From the IMG/VR virus record IMGVR_UViG_3300018489_000278: 27,451 nt of DNA; one strand, 5' to 3'. The position numbers were made by a program, and so were the translations under genes. This document shows positions 17,627-25,802 of the stretch, in pieces. The notes beneath the pieces are model-generated. The model did not search any database. It was not told where the DNA came from and saw nothing but the letters and a program-made list of their open reading frames with translations. Numbering within the stretch: the stretch's first letter is position 1; each line of letters opens with the position of its first letter. The stretch is from a virus (lineage: Duplodnaviria > Heunggongvirae > Uroviricota > Caudoviricetes).

Positions 17627-17886
17627 AATATCATTTAGTTAAAAAAGAGCCGTTGATTAACTCTCTCGGCGAAGAGATTCCGAACTGTTATTTTAGCACT
17701 TACATAAGCGAAGATGCGAAGAATAAACTGGTTCTGTTAAGGTCTCCTTGGTTTAAAGAAGAAGATGTATCAAAAATCTTTTTTGATCGACACAATGAGG
17801 ATGGTAAAGACTATCACACAGCGGTATTTTTTGTGCATGATAAGCAAAATGATTCTTATTATTCTGTAGAGTTTTTGTCAAAATAA
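17623..17886 (+). CDS. Hypothetical protein
   Basis: 87 aa, SD AGGAGGTG, ATGA overlap. Confidence 0.65.
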   Translation: MKYHLVKKEPLINSLGEEIPNCYFSTYISEDAKNKLVLLRSPWFKEEDVSKIFFDRHNEDGKDYHTAVFFVHDKQNDSYYSVEFLSK

Positions 17887-17887
17887 T

Positions 17888-18067
17888 ATGAAACTGCCCG
17901 TTGATATGTTTGATAAGAAATTCTGGTATGCAGAGCCTGTAGTTAATAGAATGTTTGATAAAAATGAGTTTCTTTTGACTATTGATTCTTACGACAAGAT
18001 TAGGAAAAAATTAGATAAACCTAGTGTATTTTTCCACGATACAGGAGATCGAGAGCAAGAGCGATAG
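17888..18067 (+). CDS. 59-aa hypothetical protein not in the ORF track, ends …GDREQER
   Basis: Fills the gap exactly (1 nt after the previous stop, 2 nt before the next start): MKLPVDMFDKKFWYAEPVV…HDTGDREQER*. Confidence 0.6.
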   Translation: MKLPVDMFDKKFWYAEPVVNRMFDKNEFLLTIDSYDKIRKKLDKPSVFFHDTGDREQER

Positions 18068-18069
18068 CG

Positions 18070-18609
18070 ATGAATAGCGTAAAAGCAAGAATAAACAAAA
18101 TTGTACTTGTCCAGTCTTCTTTTCAGTTTATTGTTCCTATTCTTTTACTTGTTTTTGGTTTTACTGAATGGTATAAAATTGGTATCAGTTATATCGTAAA
18201 ATATGTAAGTATTAGCTCTCTATGGATTAATCGTATTTATTTTAGTATTGTATTACTTTTGTTTGTTCTTGTTGCTTTTAAGTTTGTCTCTTTTTTATAC
18301 ACAGTACTTCACAGCTATTTTGAAGTTAATGAAAACAGTATAAAAGTTTCTATCGCATCTTTTACTCGTAGGTATGAGTCAGAAATGCCATTGCATAGTA
18401 TAGAGAATATTCATATGTATCAAAATGCGTGGGAGTCACTTCTTCATTACGGGACAATCCTGATAGAGGGTAAAGGTGGAGGTAAAATGGTATTGCCGAT
18501 GGTATCAGATGTCGAGAATGTATATAAAAAATCTCTGAGAATATTAAAAGCAATGAGAAGGAGCAAGATAGTGCAAAAACAGAGGTTGCAGTATGATTTA
18601 TTATATTAA
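18070..18609 (+). CDS. Membrane protein with a bacterial PH domain (bPH_2/YdbS-like)
   Basis: Two N-terminal TMs, then YFEVNENSIKV…FTRRYESEMPLHSIENI…QNAWESLLHYGTILIEGKG. The C-terminus may differ if A6 18526-18531 lacks a base. Confidence 0.75.
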   Translation: MNSVKARINKIVLVQSSFQFIVPILLLVFGFTEWYKIGISYIVKYVSISSLWINRIYFSIVLLLFVLVAFKFVSFLYTVLHSYFEVNENSIKVSIASFTRRYESEMPLHSIENIHMYQNAWESLLHYGTILIEGKGGGKMVLPMVSDVENVYKKSLRILKAMRRSKIVQKQRLQYDLLY

Positions 18610-18643
18610 GAATAAAAAATGAGTGAGAGGAGAGTGATGTGAG

Positions 18644-20856
18644 ATGTTAGAAAAAATGGTTTTAAAATTTTGAATCCAAGAGAATTTGTTTACGGTCACA
18701 CAGATCAAAAGTTGCTTGATGAGGTTCAATCAGGGCTTACAGGGAGGGTTATACCCACAAGTCATTCGCTAGATTTTGCTAAGTCTGCACAAAAAGATAA
18801 TAGCAAAGCTTTTGATCTTAGTGGTGAAAGAATGAACTTCTTTCTTGGTATTGCAGGATCTCAATCGAAGAGCGATCCTAATACAATCCATACTATTGGA
18901 TATTTAGTTATTCCATATGAGTATTTGCCAGATAATCTGCCACTTAAAAGTGCTAAAAAAGATGTAGTCATATTACTTGATAGTTGCCCTGGTTATTATA
19001 GCGATCAGAATAAAAATGCTGTATATAAAAGACTTGTTGCAGATAAACACATAGATTATATGTTAAAAGATATAAATTACAACCTTCAGAATATTCATGA
19101 TTTAATTGGTGGCATACTTCATTCTTCAGACAATCCTCTATTGGCATCTGATATCAGATACGATATTAGCAAAAATGCAGTTATAGTACTACCAAATAAA
19201 GATAGACTTAAGGAGCTGTTGGTTGAGGACAATCAAAAAATTACGGACTCTAACTTTTCTTTTAAATTTGATATCGCAGTTAGCAAAAATCCTCAGTTTT
19301 TTGAAGAATTATTGGCATCTTTGGATTCTTTTATGAAGAAAGAAGAGGAAACGAATAAAACAGTCATAGCGCAACAAGGTCCAAGAGAACCGTTAGACGA
19401 TATTCTTGATAGAAGCGCTCGTCATAATACGCCAGACGATAAAGATATGTGGGCTTTTAAGCAGCAAGAGTTTGAAGATCTTAAGAAACAGCTTGCTAAT
19501 ATAAACGTAGTGCCAACTAAAAACTTCTTATCAGCGTATTACGCAATGAATGCTTTTGTTTTTGGAGCTAAGCTACAATTGAATAGTACTGACAAATCAA
19601 ATAATCCAGTAAATGAGCGTTTGCTTGTTATAAGTGGTCCTCCAGGTGTTGGTAAAACATTTGCAGTCCAAGCATTCTTGAAACTGTATGAGGATAAAGT
19701 AGCCTGCGCTGAGATATCAGGTAACGCTAATGATATGGACGCTGTTAAGAGAGACCTTATAGGAACAGTGAGACTTGAAGGCAACGAGCATGGTGGTACT
19801 TCTACAAAATTTGAAGCAGGCCAATTTGCAAAAGTTATAGGTAAAGCTATATCAGAGAATAAAGATCATTGTGTCATATTCTATAATGAGTTTAACAGAA
19901 ATATCGGTCTTAATGAGTTCGATAAATTTGTAAGAAGTATAGGTGATAGTAACAGGATTGATATTGATCCAGAGGCGAACCTTGACGAAGTTGCGAATGT
20001 GCTTATTACTGAATATAACATCGTTCCTATTCGCGATGGTAATAGACTCGTTATAGATCTCAACAATGTAGATGGACATGGCAAGAAAGTAAATTTGTCT
20101 TTTATTTTGACTGGTAACTTCCCTGATAAAGATTTGACTGCAGCAGATTTGCAGGTTTCAGACCAGATACCTTTGGCTTTGTCTAGAAGGTCTTATCTTG
20201 TGAAAATGGATTACTTTGATCCAAGAGATAAAGATGATGCAAAGCAAATTAAGTCTATGATTTATCACAATGGCCACTTCTTGGATACTGTTTCTGTGTA
20301 TTCACAAGCAGTAGCAAAAGCTAGTGGTTTTAACGAACAGCAGACAAGCGATTTTGTATCTACGGTTAGACAAGCTCTTTTAAGTGAGAATTTAGATATT
20401 ATTAGACAAAAATATGGCGAGAAAGCGTATCTCGTAACGGATGCTTTTGTTGGAGAAAATGGACAAAGCTCTTTGTATAGAAACATTAACGATTTTTATA
20501 CTAAGTTTTACACTTTATACAAGAATGGTAAAACAACGCTTGTTCCAGCTATAAGCGAAATAGCTATGGAGATGCAACAGGTATTGGATATCGTAGCACA
20601 AGTAAATTCATCTGAACTTGTTTCATCGCAAATTAAGAAATCTTTTGTTGACTTTTTGTATAAAGAAGAAACAGTGTCAAAAGCATTCCCTCCAGGATCT
20701 GAGGAAGAGGAAGGTATGATAGAAATGATTCAGTTTATGTCAGACGATCTATTTGCACCTGCAGATTTGTATAACTATGTTTTGTTTAAAGCACAATCAG
20801 CAACACTTCCTAAAAACAACAATGTCAAACAGGTACAAGACGATAAAGAAAGGTGA
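18644..20856 (+). CDS. MoxR/McrB-like AAA+ NTPase, copy 1 (track ORF 18670..20856), ends …DDKER
   Basis: Walker A GPPGVGKT, Walker B-like IFYNEFNR, sensor-1 TGNFPD, Arg finger ALSRR. ATG 18644 joins with one extra T at 18660-18663, giving MLEKMVFKI, which aligns with LNKLVFNV of copy 2. Confidence 0.8.
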
Positions 20857-20862
20857 TAGACG

Positions 20863-23289
20863 ATGACTGATAACGAAAAACAAAAAATCGTAGATCAGTT
20901 GAGAGAGTCTATTAGTAAAGCACAAGAGCATTATGAACTTTATGTTCCGCATGCTACTGCTTCATTTGATGGTGTCTATCGCTTAAAAGCCAATGTTTAC
21001 AACAATCTCAATACACAGCCTGTTACGATTGTCCAAGTACCGCCTAATTTGACAAACGAGGAAGAATTACGCTCTCTGTTTTTTAGACAAGGCGTAGATG
21101 CAAATATTTATATTGGCGGACAGTTCAAGTTGATAGATATGCAGGCAAAAAAAGCCTATCCGTACGAGTCTGCTGTATTACAAGAAAAATATACTATTGT
21201 AGTACATGAACTTTATCATATAGCTATAACATTTAATCCATTCCTTTTCAGTATAGAAAATGAAAAAGATAAATATGTAGATCCGCAAATAGGCAACATT
21301 ATTGATGACTTTATTATTGATGTAATTGGAACGCCGCTTCTTCATGAAAATAGCATGTTGGAGTCTGCAACAAGAGGTTTTGAGATTGACAAATACCATT
21401 ACTACAATATGATGAAGCCAGGTAAAGGATTTGCAGCAGATTTTTGCAGATATTTATATGGTTATGTATTAGAAAGAGATATAAGTAAGTCTTATAGTTT
21501 TCCTAAAATGGAAGGTTTGCCAGACGAACAGCAAAAACAGTTGGAAAAAGCATTTAATAAGTTTAGGCAAAGAATATTGAGTATTAGAGTTAGACTTGAT
21601 AATAAAGATCCTGATCTTTACTATTTTTGGAATTATCCTAACTTGTTTACTAATGGCAGGGATAATGTGCTTTTAAATGAAATATATGCTACGATCCGTT
21701 CTTTAACAAGAGATTTGAAGTTAATAGATAAAAAATTACAAGACGAGCAAAAAAAGTCCTTAAAGGATTTAATGCAACAAAATAACAATGCACAACAGCA
21801 AGGTCAAGGTCAAAAAGGTGAAGGTAACGACGGAGGTCAGAATAATCCTAACAGTCAGAAACAGGGACAAGGACAAGACCAGCAAGATGCTAACGCACAA
21901 CAGCGACAACAAGGACAAGAAGGTGGCGAGCAACAGCAACAAGGACAAGGGCAAAGTCGCGGTCAACAAGAGGCAAAAGGCAGTGGAGATAAAAACCAAC
22001 AAAGCCAAGCATCTTCTCAACAGTCGCAAAACGGAAAAGATATTGATAGAAATTCTACAGGTAATGCTACTGTAAAAAATTCTAACTCTGAGCAAAAAAG
22101 TGGCAATGGCAAAGGGCAAAGAACAAATAATATAGACGGAGAAAAAACAGAGCAAGAAGGACAAAGTGAAAAGGTAGGCGAGAAGCAAAATAAAGAAGGT
22201 AATCAAGATAGCAAAAACGGAGAAGAGCAATTATCAAATGATAAACAGCAAGCGTCAGGCGATAATGAAAATGGTAGAGAATTAAGTCAAGAAGAGATAC
22301 AAGAAATTGTTAATGAGTTGCTTAATCAAATGATCACCTCTAATACAGTAATTTTTGTTGATAGAGACAGCGGAAAAGTTATATCAGAAGACGAGGTTGG
22401 TAATACATTGCAGACATTACAAGAAGTTTTAGATGCAATTTCAGAGAAAAAAGGTGCAGGTGCTAAAGTTGTTGATGGTAATCCTGTTACGCTAGTGTCA
22501 AAGTATTATAATCCAGAGCTAAGAAGACAGTCTCGCAAGATTGTGAATAAATATCTTAATACAAAACTGCACGCCTTTGCAGATAATGCTAATTTGTATG
22601 GGAATAATATTGTATTAGGCAAGCAAGGGAACGATAGTGGAAGAATAAACATCGATAGAGTGGTTAAACAGTATCCTAAGATTGTTTCACGTAGCAATTC
22701 TCCTGCACTTGTTTACGATAAATATAAGATGTCACCTATGCCTAAAATAAATATTTATGCCGTATGTGATGTATCTGGTTCTATGGACACATTAAACAAA
22801 ACATTAAAACCTTTTCTTTCTACTTTTTATAGAGAAGGTCTTAATTCGTTGTTTCATATATCAATAGTTGATTTTTCAGACAGCGTAGTGTTAGAACCAG
22901 AAAGTGCCGTTAGATCATATGATACATATTTTAGCAATATTAGAAGAGGTAATATAAATGAAAGTGGTACAGATCCTTTACATCCGACAAATCTTCCAGT
23001 GTGGAAAAAAATTATTAGAGAAGGTCATCCTGATTTGGTGATAGTGTATTCAGATTTTGATATTAGTGGCGCGAGATCGAAACAAGAGGCACAAGCACTT
23101 ATGAAAGAGACTTTTAGAAAATTGGGAGCTAAAGAAAACGGTATAGTTTTTGTTGATGTCAGCAGTGAGAAATTTCGTGAAGTCAGAAGCGTACAAGAGT
23201 TTTTAGAGAAGGTAGCCGACATCACTATGACTAATATTATTGACTACTTTAATAATAAGGTTAAAATGATAAGTAGCGTTGGTAGGTAA
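20863..23289 (+). CDS. Putative metallopeptidase (HExxH) plus VWA domain protein, copy 1 (DUF2201-like architecture)
   Basis: HELYH at 21205-21219, NIIDDFIID, ~170-aa Q/G/N/E-rich linker, MIDAS DVSGS at 22768-22782, GTDP and YSD. Confidence 0.8.
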   Translation: MTDNEKQKIVDQLRESISKAQEHYELYVPHATASFDGVYRLKANVYNNLNTQPVTIVQVPPNLTNEEELRSLFFRQGVDANIYIGGQFKLIDMQAKKAYPYESAVLQEKYTIVVHELYHIAITFNPFLFSIENEKDKYVDPQIGNIIDDFIIDVIGTPLLHENSMLESATRGFEIDKYHYYNMMKPGKGFAADFCRYLYGYVLERDISKSYSFPKMEGLPDEQQKQLEKAFNKFRQRILSIRVRLDNKDPDLYYFWNYPNLFTNGRDNVLLNEIYATIRSLTRDLKLIDKKLQDEQKKSLKDLMQQNNNAQQQGQGQKGEGNDGGQNNPNSQKQGQGQDQQDANAQQRQQGQEGGEQQQQGQGQSRGQQEAKGSGDKNQQSQASSQQSQNGKDIDRNSTGNATVKNSNSEQKSGNGKGQRTNNIDGEKTEQEGQSEKVGEKQNKEGNQDSKNGEEQLSNDKQQASGDNENGRELSQEEIQEIVNELLNQMITSNTVIFVDRDSGKVISEDEVGNTLQTLQEVLDAISEKKGAGAKVVDGNPVTLVSKYYNPELRRQSRKIVNKYLNTKLHAFADNANLYGNNIVLGKQGNDSGRINIDRVVKQYPKIVSRSNSPALVYDKYKMSPMPKINIYAVCDVSGSMDTLNKTLKPFLSTFYREGLNSLFHISIVDFSDSVVLEPESAVRSYDTYFSNIRRGNINESGTDPLHPTNLPVWKKIIREGHPDLVIVYSDFDISGARSKQEAQALMKETFRKLGAKENGIVFVDVSSEKFREVRSVQEFLEKVADITMTNIIDYFNNKVKMISSVGR
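21772..22280 (+). repeat. Low-complexity Q/G/N/E-rich coding region (CAA/CAG-rich)
   Basis: QQNNNAQQQGQGQKGEG…QQQQGQGQSRGQQ… read directly. Confidence 0.85.
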
Positions 23290-23327
23290 AAATGTATAGA
23301 CCTAATTATTTTGTTGAAGGAGGTAAT

Positions 23328-23650
23328 ATGGCAATGAATAACAAGAAACCGGCGATGTTGCAGGCTTTTTATAAATTAGTTTATGCAACAGAACCTGCAG
23401 TATTGAGCGGGAAGGATGTTGTTTATATTTTTAAAAACGATGATAGTATCTTAAAAAGTTTTTTAACACATTTCAGAATGTCGTTTCTAATTACGAGAAT
23501 GCAAAATTTTGTTTATCTGCAGATTTGCAGAATGGCTCTTTTGTTTTGTATGTGAAGGATCTTATAAACGGTCCTTATATTCAGTTTGACATTGTTACAG
23601 AAGAAGAACTTTTTTTGATACAGAGTTTAAAAGAGCGTCATTATTTTTAA
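23328..23650 (+). CDS. Hypothetical ~107-aa spacer gene between the two AAA/VWA modules, one homopolymer frameshift
   Basis: SD GAAGGAGGT plus ATG 23328. One extra T at 23459-23464 continues as FFNTFQNVVSNYENAKF…LKERHYF*. As sequenced, it stops at 23555. Confidence 0.55.
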
Positions 23651-23666
23651 GAAAGAAAAGTAGGAG

Positions 23667-25802
23667 GTGCGTGTGAAAGTAATGACTTTAAACAAATTAG
23701 TATTTAATGTTGACGATGACAGGTTAGATCGTTTATTAGATCCACAAACTGCTACAGGTAGTGGAAACGTTAACGAACCAGTTGTAAAGGATATTCTTAG
23801 CGACAATGGGACAAATGTTAATATTGTTTATTCTACTATCTACGCACGAGCCTCCAGTGGTGGAACTGTTAATCAGCAGAAACCAATTGAATTTAATATA
23901 GCAGGTGTAATCTGTGTTCCGTATGAATTCTTCGCCGATAATTCTCTGATTAATGCAAGCAAGAAAGACTTAATATTTATTTTTGATACATGCGAAGGAT
24001 ACAAAAATCATACATATCCATACGGAAGAGCAGAAGTGCATGTTAATTATATAATGAGACATTTGACAGAGATGGTAGATACTTTTGCTAATACTTACCA
24101 CAGAAGTAATAATTTTGATGATATAGCAAAAAATAGTCTACTAATATTATTGAGTCCAGACGAGATAAAGAATCTTGGTATTAATAGAAAAACAGTAAAT
24201 TCTATCTCAAAGAATATTGAGATATCTCGTATGCTTAAAAGATCCAATGTTGATATAGAAGCTAATAGTATATTAAGTATTGTCAAAGAGGCTGAACCTC
24301 TTGCAGGGAAACTGATTACAGAGATGGGTATCCAACAAAGCAAAGAGAATGTATCCACCAATGGCGAAATAGATCTTTCTCTTTTGAATGGTGAACAGAT
24401 AACAAACTTGATTCTTACTTCTATTAAAGATAAAAATGTTATACATTCAACAATTAGAAGCACTATTGAAGAGAAAAATAGGATTTTTAATGAAAAACTT
24501 ATGTCGATGCGGATTGTCCCTACGAGAAACTTTCTTAAGGTATATAAAGAAATAGATCACTTGATTAAAACATCAATTAGAATCAAAAAAGTAAATAACG
24601 AGTCTTCTTTAATTATATATGGACCTCCTGGTGTTGGCAAAACATTTGCTGTTGATGCTTACAGACATTTAAACAGTAGCGATTACGCTTTTGCTTTTAT
24701 ATCTGGCGATCCAGACAATATTACTGCGTATAGAAATGACCTAATTGGTAGAAACATTGTTACTGCCAAAAATGGTGGCACTGAGAATGAGTATGTTCCA
24801 GGACAGCTTGTTATAGCTTTAAGCGATGCTATTGTTAATAAGAAGAAAGCTTTGAATGTTATAATAAACGAATTTAACAGATCTGCTTCGCTTGGCAAAC
24901 TGGACCAAATTATTCGTGATGTAGGCGATACAGGTATTATAAGAATCGAAGCGCAAGCAGACATGGAAGAACTTGTCAATGTAATGAGAGAGAAGTACGG
25001 TATAAACGCACAGTTTAAAGGTGGTTTTATTGAAATAGATACAAATAATGTTGACGGCAAAGGTACACGTGTTCCTGTGACATTTACATTGATTGGCAAT
25101 TTGCCGGATAAAGATCTCTCGGCGTCTTCTTTGGGCGTTCATGAAGAAATACCAGCGGCATTGGTGAGAAGATCAATTACGAGAAGACTGGATTATACAA
25201 ATCCGTATACAAAACAAGGATTGGATGAATTAAAAATGGTTGTAATGTACGATAGGCATTTTAATATAATGTTAGAAGATTATGTTTATGGTATTGCTTG
25301 TATCAATAAAGTAAATGCTACAGAACTTTTCAATGATGTAATGAGTGCGTTAGCAAGTAATGATTTTTCTCATATAAAGCAAAAGTATAACGAGGCAATA
25401 TATAATGCAATTGATGAATTTGTCGGTAGCTCAGAAAATTCTATTATTAACCAATCGCTCACTTTTTACAATAATTTATACGATATGTATCAAAATGGAC
25501 AAATAAAAATTGTTCCTTCTATTCCAGAGATACTGAACCATTTTAGTGCGATGTTAGATATTATTAAAGATTCTGCTACATTACAAGATGCACAAGACGA
25601 CATAAACGATGCTATTAAGCAGTTTGTTGATAAATATGTATCTTCAAAAATGATAGATATAGACGAAGTTGATGAAAGTTTTAAAGACTTTATTAAAATA
25701 TGGACTAACCATATACTTAAGCCGGCTCTTTTGTATGACTATTTCAACATAATTCCTGAAGATGTATTGCAGAGAGGTCAAATAGATGGAGAAGAGAGGT
25801 AG
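23667..25802 (+). CDS. MoxR/McrB-like AAA+ NTPase, copy 2, ends …DGEER
   Basis: GPPGVGKT, VIINEFNR, IGNLPD, ALVRR. N-terminal domain is homologous to copy 1 (VPYEF…ASKKDLIFIFDTCEGY). Confidence 0.8.
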   Translation: MRVKVMTLNKLVFNVDDDRLDRLLDPQTATGSGNVNEPVVKDILSDNGTNVNIVYSTIYARASSGGTVNQQKPIEFNIAGVICVPYEFFADNSLINASKKDLIFIFDTCEGYKNHTYPYGRAEVHVNYIMRHLTEMVDTFANTYHRSNNFDDIAKNSLLILLSPDEIKNLGINRKTVNSISKNIEISRMLKRSNVDIEANSILSIVKEAEPLAGKLITEMGIQQSKENVSTNGEIDLSLLNGEQITNLILTSIKDKNVIHSTIRSTIEEKNRIFNEKLMSMRIVPTRNFLKVYKEIDHLIKTSIRIKKVNNESSLIIYGPPGVGKTFAVDAYRHLNSSDYAFAFISGDPDNITAYRNDLIGRNIVTAKNGGTENEYVPGQLVIALSDAIVNKKKALNVIINEFNRSASLGKLDQIIRDVGDTGIIRIEAQADMEELVNVMREKYGINAQFKGGFIEIDTNNVDGKGTRVPVTFTLIGNLPDKDLSASSLGVHEEIPAALVRRSITRRLDYTNPYTKQGLDELKMVVMYDRHFNIMLEDYVYGIACINKVNATELFNDVMSALASNDFSHIKQKYNEAIYNAIDEFVGSSENSIINQSLTFYNNLYDMYQNGQIKIVPSIPEILNHFSAMLDIIKDSATLQDAQDDINDAIKQFVDKYVSSKMIDIDEVDESFKDFIKIWTNHILKPALLYDYFNIIPEDVLQRGQIDGEER

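Noticed and set aside
18670-20856. Labelling the AAA+ genes as mcrB, ravA or cobS
   Set aside because: Motifs are mixed, there is no McrC nuclease partner and the N-terminal domain is unrecognised, so no gene symbol is justified.
1811-22280. CAA-rich tracts as CRISPR arrays or iterons
   Set aside because: They are in-frame coding low-complexity sequence with no repeat-spacer structure. No cas genes or CRISPR array are seen anywhere in the window.
3612-23289. C-terminal GR/RR endings (ERGR, LKRR, LRGR, SVGR) as part of the ER tag
   Set aside because: Each is explained by GGA/AGG-rich SD-like sequence at the stop of a closely followed gene, so they were not counted.
9437-23572. 14-bp exact match ATCTTATAAACGGT in the HU-like gene and the 23328 gene
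   Set aside because: A match of this length is expected by chance in 27 kb of AT-rich DNA, and both copies are inside coding regions.
1072-25142. All minus-strand ORFs in the track and nested + strand ORFs (e.g. 3761..3976, 9823..10083, 12606..12836, 21788..22075)
   Set aside because: They are shadows fully overlapping well-supported + strand genes, with no SD and with composition mirroring the real gene (e.g. poly-Leu opposite poly-Gln).
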